This document shows, in pieces, positions 1-12,762 of a stretch of DNA of 64,000 nt. The notes under the pieces are model-generated. The model saw only the letters and a program-made list of their open reading frames with translations, did not search any database and was not told where the DNA came from. The stretch covers positions 43,464,001 through 43,528,000 of the forward strand of contig NC_045696.1 of the NCBI RefSeq assembly GCF_009834535.1, given 5' to 3'. Position 1 is the stretch's first letter. The number at the start of each line of letters is the position of its first letter. A program made the translations under genes and the position numbers. The stretch comes from Camelus ferus. Its lineage: Eukaryota.

Positions 1-446
1 TTATAATGTAGGAATGCACATCTCTAGGAAGCATATGATTAGTTTAAATTTAGCATAAATATTTAACATATATAATGAATAGCAGAAAGTAAAGTGGAAA
101 TTATGTAGGTCACAGAAATATTGTAAAATAACAAGAGTTCCATATTTTGTCATTGGAAAAAATAGGTCCATACATTTTTGTAAATTAAGTAATAGGAAAT
201 ATTATCATTTTCCCTCCTTCACTACAGAATTTATAGTAAGACTATTACTTACAAATACAGTAAAATATTAATAGCAGTAATGAGGATGCAAAACAATCAT
301 TTTTAAAATTCGTAAGAATGTAAGCAATTCTTCCTATGAATTCAAGACAATATCTATATCTTTTTAAAAATAGTTTTCTTCATTTCTGTATCCAGATTAA
401 TGAATAGTCTCTGGATAGGATATGATGAGAAAAAAGTGTTAATCGC

Positions 447-686
447 TGTAGACAATGTTTGTGTCCTGCCAAAATTCATATCCTGAAACCTAATTTCCAC
501 TGTGATGGTATCTGGAGGTGGGGCTTTTGGGAGATGACGATTTGGTCATGAAGGCAGAGCCCCCATACATGGGATTAGTGACCTTGATCTTGGATTTCCC
601 AGCCTCCAGAACTGTGAGGAAATAAATGTTTGTTGTTTAAGGCATGTAGTCTATGGTATTTTGTTATAGCAGCCCAAACAAACTAA
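447..686 (+). mobile_element. MaLR solo LTR, MLT1A-like, internally deleted
   Basis: Contains 'aatgtttgtgtcc..caaaattcat', 'ggaggtggggcttttggg', 'accttgatcttggatttcccagcctccagaactgtgag..ataaatgtttgttgtttaag' and 'ggtattttgttatagcagccc', all typical of MLT1A. The central part is missing at 580/581. Confidence 0.85.
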
Positions 687-1472
687 TTTAGCTGCTAAAA
701 TTAAGAGACTTACTGCCTGGACACTCCTTTGGGCTCAAATATGATTCTCAAATTTCTAGGCAGATCCTATTCAGCAACAGGATTGTGGGGACAAAGACCT
801 CAAGATTCACATATTGAGACAGATAGGACTCTGCTTTCCTCTGGAGCCCTGGCAATAATAACAGCAGCTGAAAACTCCCATCTCTTCTCTGATCTGCCTT
901 TTTCCTTCTTGCCTTCGTCTCTACCCTACTATCATTTCCATTCTCCCCGCTCCCTCTTCCACCCTGTCTCCACACACACAAACACATGCACCCATATTTT
1001 GGCAGGAGGTAGTATAACTGACATTTGATATTTGCTCAACATATCTAAAAACATAGCTTAGCATCAAAACTTAAATTTAACTGCTTTCTTTAAAGTTAAC
1101 ATCTTGTTTATTGAAAAACTGTCAATGCTTTCCTCCAAGTTAGAAATACTCTCTTAAAATAATGGTTTACTGAGAAAATCCTATAGATGTTCAACAGTAG
1201 AAGTATGTATAGTGTTGCTGCAATTCAACTATTTATGAGCAATTCCTGATGAGAATTTCTCAGTCTGATCTAAAAGCAGTAATGGTAATTAATTTTCTTT
1301 CTTATACAGAGACTGAAAAGATGCTGTAGAACATCTTGAAAACGAGTGATTTGAAATGCCTTACTAACATGGCCACAGGTTAATACTAAGAAAAAAAAAG
1401 AATTTTTGACAATGAAAATGACAATATTTCTGTTATTTCTTCTTGTTACCTTAATCAAAGCTATACTACCTC

Positions 1473-1642
1473 CATAGATGAATCTAAGTTTTTGAGACTT
1501 GAGGTTTTATAAAAATTGTTGGACTCTCTATAAGAATACAGAATTATAAATAGAAAATTAGGTACATGGCCTTAGAAGGGCCTGTACAAGTGAGAGATTT
1601 TAAAGCTTAAATTTTGTTAGACTCAGAACAAATTCATCCCAG
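1473..1642. mobile_element. Non-autonomous hAT-Tip100-like DNA transposon (MER91-family-like)
   Basis: 'aaaattaggtacatggccttagaagggcctgtacaagtgag...aagcttaa' matches a recalled short hAT element. An inverted related copy lies at 27078-27220. The exact family name is uncertain. Confidence 0.6.
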
Positions 1643-3280
1643 CACTCTATCAAGAATGTGAGAAACTCATTTCTGACTACACACAAAATTGTGCTAAGGT
1701 TTTCTTAGCTTTCCTCTGATCAAAAAATTTTGAAGAAGCCTGTAAACTAATAATACACTTCATTTTGGAGGATAGAGGACTCCTGACCACTAAGAATATG
1801 AATCTAAAATTTTAAAGGTGAAATGGTATGTATTTCATTTTGTATCCTAACCTTACACAGTATCAGTGTTCTTACCATTCATCTCTTTTTTTATTTTTAA
1901 AAATAGTTTTCAACATATTTCAATAAATACAAAGTACATTTCCTTTCAGATGACTTTTTAATTTATTGTTCTTAGTTGTGTGTGAACTCTATTCATTATC
2001 ATTTTTATTGAAACATGCCTTATATTTTGCTTCTCTCTTTTAACACATAGCACATTCTATCTATCTGCCTGATTTCTTGACATATGAACTATTGATCTTA
2101 CATAAAAACAAGATTCCTAGAGTGATTATTTGGCTTCACTACACAAAGATTCTGGGAGGGAAAAAAATATATATATTCACTGCTAGTTGGTTTTAGAATT
2201 TTGTTTGCTTGATTGTCCATCTCTTCTATACTCAGAAATGTCTTCATTCTTTGCTTGAACCTTACATCAAATCAACCTCAGGCAAAAGATTTTTCTGAAT
2301 TGAAACTGAATTGAGTTCCTCTACTTTGTATTTCAATACTTCATTCAAAATTGCTCTGAAGAGATTTAGCTAGCTTCCCCAGCCTTTCAGCTTTTTATTG
2401 ACAATACTTTTTCATTTTTTTCTGTTATCCCAACCATTACTCAAAAGATATTTAAGAAGTTCTCACAGTTGGAAACACAGGTAATCTCTCTCTTACAAGC
2501 TACCAAGGAACACTGATGAGCCCATTGTCATGGACACTATTAATGCCCACTGAAAATCAATAATGATTGCAACAAAAATAATTAACAGAGACCATAAAAA
2601 TATCTATCTTGGGATGAATTAAAGGACTCCACATAATTTACATTATTTTTGATTTACATATATATTAAAGTAGAGGCATGAAAATCTTAGTAAAACCTGA
2701 GGTCTTAGTATATATTGGTCAAATCTCCTGGTAGTATAGCATAATTTTGCAACACTGGGTTTATTTACTTTTAATAATGCAGAAGTGACATTTAAAAAAA
2801 TTTAAGATGAATGTGGCATTTTGTATAAAAAAATCCTCAACAATCTCACTGCCTGTGCAAAATCAACATTTATTAAAGGTTAAACAGCTTTCTTTGGTAA
2901 ATGGCAAATTACACTGATAGCATTTCAATTTAATTTGATGAAATTCAGTAAGTATAATTAAGCATTATTTATTTCACTGAATTGGATGATGGAGAATCTC
3001 TATAATGCAGGTTCTCTATTACAGAGAGAGTACTGTATTTTGAGAAAATAACAAATAAATCAAAACCAAGAAAAGAATTTGAAGAATATTTTACAGAGGC
3101 TTGAAAAATATACATTTTTAATCATATGCTACCCAATGTGCTAGAACACTACACATTGAAAGTAAGAATGATGGTTTAAAGATACCGACATAACAAAATT
3201 TCAAAATATCTGTGTTACAACACTAAAGTCATAACTGGTATGAAAAAAGATTTTCGATTCAGGCACACACGTGGCTCATT

Positions 3281-6200
3281 AACTTTATTTTAATTAGAGA
3301 TGTAACTGACATATAAAGTTGTGTATGTTTAAGGTGTACAACATGTTCATTTCCTAAATTTTTACATTGCAATACGAATACCACTGTAGCATTAGCTAAC
3401 ATCTACATCAGGTCACATAACTATCAGTTTGTTTTTTTGTGTATTTAAGGTCTGGTATCAGCAACTTTAAAGTATACAATAGAGTATCATTAACTATAAT
3501 TTCAAGGCTGTGCATTAGATCTCCAGAACCTATTCATTTTCTAACTGCAGTTTGTACCCACTGATCAACATCTGCCAAATTCCCCCACCCCCAATCCCTG
3601 AGTGATTACCATTCTACTTTGTTTCTATAAGTACAGCTTTTTTAGAGTCACATATATGTGATATCATACTGTATTTTTCTTTCTCTGTCAGAATTATTTC
3701 GCTTAGCATAATGCCCTCTAGGTCCATCCATGTTGTCACAATTGACAGGATTTCCTTTTTTCTCATGGGTGTTTAGTATTCCACTGTATATACATCAGAT
3801 CTTCTTTATACATTTATCTGTTTATGGACACTTAGATTGTTTCTATATCTTGGCTATTTTGAAAAATGCTACAGTAAGCACAGGAGTGCAGATATCTTTT
3901 CCATGTTGTGTTTTCATTTCCTTTGGATATATACCCAGAAGTGGGGTTGCTAGATCATACGGTAATTCTATTTTTAATTTTTTGAGGAGCATCCATACTG
4001 TTTTCCTAAATGGCTGAACCGTTAGTTGTTTTCTCATCAACAGTGCATGAAGGTTCCCTTTTCTCCACATCTTGCCAACAATTTTTATCTCTCGTCTTCT
4101 TAATAATAGCCATTCTAACAGGTGAAGTGGTATTTCATTGTGGTTTCGATTTCCATTTCCCTGATGAATAATCATGTTCAGCACCTTTTCATATACCTGT
4201 TAGCCATTTGTGTTTATTCCTTGGAAAAAACTTCCATTCAGTTCTTCTGCCTATTTTCTAATCTAATTGCTCACTTTGTTGTTACTGAGTTGTATGAGTT
4301 CTTTATATATTTTGGATATTAACCCTTACCAGATAAATGGTTTGTAAATATATTCTCCCAAGCTATATGTTGCCTTTTCATTTTACTGATTATTTCTTTT
4401 GCTGTGTGGAAGGTTTTTAGTTTGATGTAGCTAGCCCTAGTTATTGAGTTTTGCTTTTTTTCTTTGTGCCATAGGTGTCATATTCAAAAAAGCACTGCCT
4501 AGACTAATGTTAAGAAGTTTTTCCCTATGTTTTTTTTCCAGAAATTATATATTTTCAGGTATTATGCTTAAGTTTTTAATCCATTTTAAGTTAGTTCTTA
4601 TGAGTTGTGTAAGATAGGGGTCCAATTTCATTTACTTTCATGTGGTTATCCAGTTTTCCAACTATTTATTGAAGAGAATACCTTTTCCCTATTCAGTGTT
4701 CCTATCTCCCTTGACAAATGTTAGTTGACCACATATTGGAGGGTTTACTTTTGGAAACTGGTTTTGTTCTATTTGGTCTGTGTCCCAATCACATACTGCT
4801 TTTATTATGGTAGCTTTGTAGTAGAGTTTGAGATCAGGGAGTTTGGTGTCTCCTGCTTTATTCTTTCTCAGGACTGCTTTGGTTATATACAGTCTTCTGT
4901 AGTTCCCTACAAACTTTAGGGTTGTTTTTGCTATTTCTGTGAAAAATACCATTGAGGTTTTTACAGGTATTGCATTGAGTCTACATAAGACTTTGGGTAG
5001 GATGAGTGTTTGAACAGTATTAATACTTCCAGTCCATGTATAAAGAGTATCTTTCCATTTGTTTGTGTCTTTGATTTTATTCATCAAAGTCCGGTAGTTT
5101 TCATTGTACAGATCTTTTACTTTTTTTGGTTAAATTTATTCCTAAATAAACTGTTTCTGATGCTATTATGAATGGAATTGTTTTCTTTTAAAAAAATATT
5201 TTATTGTTACAGAAATGCAAGTATCTTCCATATGTTGATTTTAATATCCTGCACTTAATTTGTTTACTTAAACAGTTTTGGGGTTGTATCTTTAGATTTT
5301 TCTAAACATAAGATCATATCATCTGCAATTAAAGACAATTTTCCTTTTTCCTTTTGGATGTGGATGCTTTTATTTCTTTACCTTGCTTGATTGTTCTAGA
5401 TAGGGCTTCCTGTACTGTGCAGAATAAAAGCGATGAGAGTGGGCACATCTGTCTTTTTATGATCTTAGAGGAAAAAACTTTCACCATTAAATGTGATGTT
5501 TGTTTTCTATGGGTTTGTCACATATGGCTTTTATTATATCGAGTTATTTTCTTTTGATAATCAATTTTTTAAGAGTTTGTATCACAAAATAATACTGTAT
5601 TTTGTCAAGTGTTTCTTCTGCAACTATTAAAATAATCATATTACCTTTTTATCTTTCATTCTGTTGCCATGGTGTATTATATTTGTTGATTTGTGTAACT
5701 TAAATCATACTTGGATCCCAGGGATAAATCCCACTGGATCATGGTGTATAGTCCTTTTAATGTACTGTTGAATTTTATTTGCTATTATTTTCTTGAAAAT
5801 TTTTGCATTTACAATCATCAGGGATATCATTCTGTAGTTTTCCTTTCTTGCAGTGTCCTAATGTGTCTTTGGTATCAGAGTAATGCTAACCTCATAAAAT
5901 GTGTTTGAGGTGCTCTCTCTCTTCAATTTTTTGGGAAGATTTTGAAAATAATTGGTGTTAATGCTTCTTTAATTGGTTGGTAAAATTCACTAGTAAAATG
6001 ATCTAATCCTTGGATTTTCTTTGTTGGGGGGTTTAATTATTGATTCAATGTCCTTGTTATTGGTCAGTTCATATTTTTTATTTCTTCATGATTCAGTCTT
6101 GGTAAGTTGTATATTTCTAGGCATTTATCCATTTCTTCTAGGTTATCCAATTTGTTGGCAAGTTTTTCAGAGTAGCCTCTTATGTTCCTACATATTTCTG

Positions 6201-8297
6201 TATCAGTTATGTCTTCTCTTTTATATATGATGCTATTTTTTGAGTCTTCACTCTTATTTTCTTAGTCTAGCTAATGGTTTGACAATTTTGCTTATTATCT
6301 CAAAAATTAGCTCTTAGTTTTGTTGATCTTTTCTACTGTTTTTATGGTCTCTTTTTCATTTATTTCTGCTCTGATCTTTGTTATTTCTTTCCTTCTGCCA
6401 CTTTGTGTTTTGTTCATCTTTTTCTAGTTCCTTGAGGTATAATTAGGTCATTCATTTGAGGTCTTTCTTTTTTTCTTAAAATACGCATTTATTACTATAA
6501 AATTTCCCCCTAAGAACTACTTTTGCAATATCCTATAGGCTTGAATGTGCTGTGTTTCCATTTTCATTTGTTTTGAGATATTTTAAATTTTTCCTTTTGT
6601 TTTGTTCATTAATTCACTGGTTGTTCAGAAGTGTTACTTACTTTCCATGTTTGTAAATTTTCCAGCTTACTTCTCATTGTTGATTAATTGTTTGATATCA
6701 TTGTGGTTGAAAAAGATACTTGGCATGATTTAAGAATATGTTCAGACTTGGGTTTTTTTGGCTTGTCATTTGATCAATACTTGTGAATATTCTGTGTGAA
6801 CCTGAGAAGAATGTGTTTTCTGCTTCTATTAAATGGAATGCTATCCATATAACCGCTAGGTTCATTTGATCTAAAGTATGGTTGAAGTCCAACAAAGTTC
6901 CCTTGTTGTATTTCTGTCTGGATGATCTATCCATTGCTGAAAGCAGGATACTGAATTTCTTTATTGTTATTATGCTACTGTCTGTTTCTCCCTTCAAATC
7001 TGTTAGTAATTGCTTAATATATTTAGGTGCTCTGATGTTGGGTGAATATATATTTAAACATTTTATATCTTCTTGATGAGTTAATCCCTTTATCATTATA
7101 TAATGAGCTTCTTTCTTTCTTGTTACCTTTTATTTTGGCTTAAAGTCTATTTTGTCTGATATAATTGTAGGTGCCTCCACTCTATTTTGGTTTCTGCTTG
7201 CATGGAATATCTTTTTCCATGCCTTCATATTAAACCCTAATGTGTGTCTTTAAATATTAAGTGAGTCTCATGTAGGCAGCACATAGTTGGGTCTTCTTTT
7301 TTTAATCTATCCAAATATTTTATGCCGTTAGATTAGATAAATCAGGTCATTTACATTTAGAGTAATTATTGCTATGTAAGAACTTACTAATGACATCTTA
7401 TTAAATTGTTTTCTGGCTGTTTTATAGCCTCACTGTTCCTTTCTTTCCTCTCTTGCTGCCTAGCTTTTTGGGTTGGTGATTTTCCTTGGTGAAGTGTTGT
7501 GATTCCTTCTCTTCATCTTTTGTGAATCCACTATAGGTTTTTGCTTTATGATTACCATGAGGCTTATATAAAATATCTTATAGATATAGCAGTTTATTTT
7601 GTGCTGATAGCAACTTAGCTTCGATCTCATACAAAAATTACTTTCTTCCCCATCTTTGTATTTTAATGACACAATTTACCTCTTTTTATACTGTGTGTTC
7701 ATTAACAAATTATAGTGTAGTTATCTGTAATACTCTTTTTATCTTTACACTATAGTTAAGAGGTTAACACATCATCATATTACAGAATAGAGGTATCTGA
7801 ATCAGACTATATATTATCTTCACCAGTGTGTTTTATATTCTCATATGTTTTCAGGTTGCTAATTAGTGTCTTTTCATTTCAGTGTGAAAATCTCCTTTCA
7901 GCACTGCTTCTAAGGCAGATCCAGTGGTGATACACTCACTCAGCTTGTTTGTCTGGGTAAGTTTTTATTTTTCCTCATTTCTGAAGGGTAACTTTTCCAG
8001 ATAGAGTACTCTTGACTGGCTACTTTATTCTTTGAGCATTTTGAATATAATCTTTCCATTCTTTCCTGGCTTCTAAGATTTTTTCTGAGAAATCCATGAT
8101 AGTCTAATGAAGGTTCCTTTGTAGGTCACAATCTTTTTCTCCTTCTGCTTTTAAGTTCCCCTTTGATTTTTGACAGTTTCATTATAATTTGTTTTGGAGA
8201 AGATTTTATTTTGGATTAAAGTACTGAAGTAATTTATTAACTTCATGAACTTGGAGGTTCAAACCTCTCCCCAGATTTGGGATATTGTCAGCCATTT
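3281..8297 (-). mobile_element. LINE-1 (L1MA9-like), about 5 kb, 5'-truncated within ORF1
   Basis: L1MA-type 3'UTR at about 3281-3690. Decayed ORF2 covers about 3690-7396, with ORF-track fragments 3843-4184 (LKIELPYDLATPLLGIYPKE), 4689-5087 (KWKD..W.GSIN, LPDLKLYYKA) and 6698-7096 (LNIYSPN.RAP.YIKQLL.DLK). An inter-ORF spacer and the ORF1 3' part extend to about 8297. Confidence 0.95.
3690..7396 (-). pseudogene. Decayed L1 ORF2 (endonuclease/reverse transcriptase)
   Basis: The minus strand from the ATG at 7396 reads MSLVSSYIAIITLNVN, which contains the L1 endonuclease ITLNVN motif. Many frameshifts and stops follow downstream. Confidence 0.85.
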
Positions 8298-8470
8298 AAG
8301 GACATAGCAAGAAGGTAGTTGTATGCAAGATGCTAACAGAGCATTCAAGGCCAAACCCTGCCAGACAGTCTTCTTGGGTTTTCAGCTTACAGAATTATGA
8401 GAAAAACAAGTATCTGCCAAGTCACTCGTTCCATGGCATTTTGTTATGGCAGCCTAGGCTGACTATCACA
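8291..8470 (+). mobile_element. MaLR LTR 3' half (MLT1A/B-like)
   Basis: 'aggacatagcaagaagg...cagcttacagaattatgagaaaa...atggcattttgttatggcagcctaggctgactatcaca' matches the MLT1 3' half. It abuts the L1 directly. Confidence 0.75.
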
Positions 8471-9568
8471 AGAGCGTCAAGAATAAATATTTAACTTCTA
8501 CATGCGTTATTTTCAAATTGTAAAGAAACTCATGTTGATAATATGTATATAACCTATTATTATGATAGAAGAATTCTTAATTGGTAAAAGTATGAATGAC
8601 TTCCAAAAAAAGACATCATTATGCTATAATTGCAATTGTTATTATATATAAAATTATATAATATTTTATATTCAATCTAAAATAAAATAGATTTATTTAG
8701 ACCTTTTTATTATCTGAGGTTTTTTCCTGTGAATTTTTTCTTTTCTTTCTTTTTTTTTTTTGAAATGGGTGATTTCTCAAAACAAAGAGAATGTAAGGGA
8801 TATGGAAGAAAGTGCAAATGGGTCACGTTGTTACACAAGATTAGGAGCTAGAAAACAGTCCAGTTTAATGTCAGACTCCCACAATGCCATTCACTCACGA
8901 TGCAGAACTAATGATTAGTTTGTGTATGGAGAAAATTTTTAATTTTAGATTTGGGGCTATTATACAGTTACAATAAATCACCTAGGACATAAAGATTAAA
9001 AAAAATCCTTTCAAGAAACAGTAAAAATCCATGCCAAAATCTGTTCAAATCAGAATTATACTCATATGCTTTTCAGACACTCAGGAAATAATAATATTAA
9101 CTCAAACCACTATTCTCATGCTTTGGTCTCTAATTTTAAGTTTAAAGTTTATCCCAGCATTTTTATAATTACATTTTAAATAGCTATCATATTCAACTAT
9201 GCATGTTGAAAATAAGCTACTGTATTATTTAGGATCTTAGATATCTCTAAAGACTGATTTTTTGGACTAAGTTTAGAAATGTGCATATAAAACATGAGTT
9301 TTGATCAATTTAAACTAGTATTAATATATTCTTGGCCCCAGTTATGTGTATACAAAGGACAAATAGAAGTTTGATTAAAGAGGGATATACTTTTTGCAAC
9401 TGAGAAAGATTCATAGACTAACATTTCCTCCCAGCTCGTGTTTTACCAGTCCATGAAAGCTGAGCCAATATGAGTCATATTCCATTATCCAGTATGGTCA
9501 CTGCAATAAAGCTAGAAGTCTCAGTCATGATTAGATAATATTTGGGGGAAACTTTATTATCCACTTAC

Positions 9569-9642
9569 CTTGCAAGGAGTGGCACTGAATGCAGAGCAAG
9601 AATCCTGGCAGGCTGTGCTGTGCCATGGTTTGTGAAAACAAT
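9569..9642 (-). other. Candidate 74-nt exon, possibly a first coding exon (ATG at 9626, MAQHSLPGFLLCIQCHSLQ, phase-1 donor)
   Basis: Minus strand reads 'gtgtttttctctgagctaacag|ATTGTTTTCACAAACCATGGCA...TTGCAAG|gtaagt': pyrimidine-rich acceptor, Kozak ACCATGG, consensus donor AAG|GTAAGT. All three frames are open. I do not recognise the peptide. Confidence 0.35.
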
Positions 9643-11125
9643 CTGTTAGCTCAGAGAAAAACACATGCCATTGGTCTGAACTGTGTGCATTTTTGTGTTC
9701 TTCTCTCCACATCTACCATTTCACAAATTTAGGTCAAATTCCAGTGCAAGGCATATTAAACAAGGTTCAGGATATTTTGCTATTTTGTTTTCTAAATCCC
9801 ACAGACAACGTCAAATTGTTAATTACATTATACTTCACTGTTTTTCTAAGGAAAACTACATATTTTTCTTTCACAAATATTATACAACCAAATACAGTTA
9901 AATACACAAAGCAAAATATATAATCTATCTTTGTCCCAACAACAGTAATTGGTTTATTAGCTTCTTTTGGATATTTTCTCTTAAAATCACACATCACCAT
10001 TGTAAATGCGATGGGAACAGGAAAGCCGTATGTTAAGGATACCTGAGGAATCTAAATAGTGGGTACCTAGACAACAGCAGTGAGTGAATTTCTCCTTTTC
10101 TTCTAGGAAGGCAGAAGAAATGCATGCTATGAGTTGTACTGCCCAAGAAAAAGAGACCAATTCAAGAGAAGGTACTAATATACAAAATGATCATCTTCTC
10201 TCTTTCTTTTTGGGTTTATTATTTTTCTATTCCTATCAGGTACTCAAACCTTACCCTATCTCTTCTAACAGAAACAACAATATTTACAAAAGTTAGTTCA
10301 TGATAATGAGCTAGTGAAGAGAGCTGTAAGTTCTCATAAGAGTGTTTTCACTTAATACAGAAAAAGAGAACAGTGTTTGACAGAAATAATCATGGAATTT
10401 CAGAATTTCTCAACAGGGATAGATGTGGATGGCGAATTTTCAGGCTCACCTCAAGTCTCCCCATGAAGACACCTGTGTTTATTGCCTCAGTTTAAGAGAA
10501 TCTCATAACTCAGTGAAGAAATGTGGCACAAGTTTTCTGACTAACTACTCCATTCCATTTACTTGGGTCTTTGTGATTTTTGATTACTGAGAATAACTAC
10601 AACACGGTCAAGACTAAGAAGAAATCACTTGCATAATAATGAACTCTGCTTTAATACATGGCTTAGGAAATCTTTCAACCTGCAAGCTTTCCTTCCTCCT
10701 TAGTTATCCTGGCTATTATTCTCATCTGAAAATTTATTTATAATGAGGTCAACTAAGCATTGTTGCAACTGAATGTTAGGTGGAACATGTCCCCTTTCTT
10801 TAGCATGAGCTGTTTCATACACAGTTGTGAAAATGCAAGATTTACCTGCTATACTCTTCTGCCTTCATAATCATATTTGTTATCTCCTCTTCACCCTACA
10901 TTAGTAACCCATCTTGCTACCTCCAAAGAAACTGTCAGATAACAGATGATTTCATAACCTAATTCAAGCTCAGGAGTCAGTGTTTCAAAATGATTAATTA
11001 TATTATTACTTTTGAATACTGATTAATACCTTAACCAAAAGAAAGATGTCTTACATGTGTCATTGCATGTTTTTTTTTTCTGAAAGTATATTTAAGCAAG
11101 AACAACTTTTTCACATCATTTACAT

Positions 11126-11284
11126 CAGTGTTTCCCAAATCCAAGGTGCATTCTGGTCCCGTTACTTAGAGGGCCTTATAAAATATTGATCATGCAACTC
11201 CTTCAGGGACTCTGAGTTGGTACATATGGGGAGAGAGCCTTAGAGCCTGTGTTCATAAAGCACAGCCAGGATTGGAGACAGCTG
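11126..11284. mobile_element. MER5-like hAT-Charlie element
   Basis: Termini 'cagtgtttcccaa' and 'ttggagacagctg' form imperfect inverted repeats about 160 bp apart, with MER5-like internal sequence. Confidence 0.55.
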
Positions 11285-12633
11285 ATTAAATCATGTATTT
11301 GAACAGCAGCAGCTTAGTCTGCATGAATTTAAGACTGATGTGGGTGATTGGATTCATCTGCTACCATGGGGTTTGATATGAATTTGCTTTAGTGCACATT
11401 TTAGTGAATTCAGGAGATTCTGCAAGCTGAATTATTAACAGGTAAGATGAGGCAATGGAGGATCATCTCATATCTGTGAAGCCACATGTCTGGTTAGTGA
11501 TTCTACTTTCCATCAATGTCTAAGGATCTCTCTTTTAAAAAGTCATTGTCACTATGTTATTGCAGGAAATTAAATGCCTCTAAACAACTTAATATATGTT
11601 TTTTAAAATAATTTTTAACATGAAAATATCAGATTCTCAGATGTTTTAGTGAGAAAACATTGGTAAAAATGTCTATGTATTAATTTTTAAATTGTATTTT
11701 ATTGTATTCATTAAGCATATGTTATCAAATAGTGCTGTTTATTTGTGTGCTATTCAATCCATTTACAGAAAAGTGACATAGGTGTTCGCTAGAGGTTAAT
11801 CGGTAGTTAAATTCCATCCCTTCCTCCACTCTCCACCTTAATTCAAGGTCTTAACGGAAATCTTGGTTAATTAGATTAAGGCAAGTTTACACAGATGTGT
11901 TTGTTCTAAACAATGTGCCCCCAAAAAGAGAAAAGTCACACTCCAAGTAACAGATGGCATCCTGGGTTGTAGGCAATTGTGGTACTTTAAGAAATGTTTT
12001 ATTTAACATTCAATGTACCTGCTCCTACAAAATCCAAGCGATTTTTGTTTGTTTGTTTTAATTTTGCTTCATAGTTGAGTATCACTGTATTATTCTTTAA
12101 GGATTCAGTTTGTTCTCACTGCTCATCTGTATCATGCTCAACTATTTTCTGTAACTAGAGAAATCTCAAAACAGGTGTTTAAAAATGCTGCTATTTTCCA
12201 TTTGGCTCCCAAGAGTAGAACAATACAAACAGCCATTTCCCTCAGCTTTGGTGCTGTAACAGAAGCAATCAGTCAGAGAGAAAGTAACTTGTATTCTCTC
12301 TTATAGGAAAGCTACAGGGCACTTGAAAGATGACTGGTTTGTGGGATGAGCATTATGAAAAGGGAATGAGCAGAAGCCAGCTGTGATGATTACTGGGAAT
12401 AAAGAACAGGTGGGTATACATACATGAATGTATAGGTAATATTAAAATATGTGCATTTAGTTGACCCCATTTTCAGGGGGTCATTAAACATTTCTTTTAC
12501 CTTTTTTGTCAATCTACAGAAGAGGGCCCAGACTCTTAGGTTATCCTTCATCCCCTGCACCCAACCTCTGTAAGAGTCTTCAAATACCTGTTCTGTCTCC
12601 TTATCTCATTCCTGCCTAGCTCCTGAACTGCTT

Positions 12634-12762
12634 TTTTTTTTTTTTTAACATTTTTTATTGATTTTTAATCATTTTACAATGTTGTGTCAAATTCCACTGT
12701 TCAGGCACAATTGTTCAGTCATTCGTGGACATATACACACTCATTGTCACATTTTTTTCTCT
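12634..12762 (-). mobile_element. Young, extremely 5'-truncated L1 3' end (camelid L1-like) with TSD
   Basis: A 15-T run (12632-12646) is followed by 'aacattttttattga...cattttacaatgttgtgtcaaattcc'. TSD 'tgaactgctt' at 12624-12633 and 12763-12772. Confidence 0.85.

Noticed and set aside
729..1028. 99-aa ORF and overlapping antisense ORF
   Set aside because: Starts at a non-ATG codon, runs through CT- and CA-rich low-complexity sequence and has no recognisable domain.
3730..7672. Cluster of 60-132 aa ORFs as host genes
   Set aside because: All lie within the minus-strand L1 and are either fragments of its ORF2 or antisense and spacer chance ORFs.
11400..11450. Plus-strand donor CAG|GTAAGA (others near 23240, 24792, 43595)
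   Set aside because: No convincing paired acceptor or recognisable coding frame. Isolated donor-like motifs are common.
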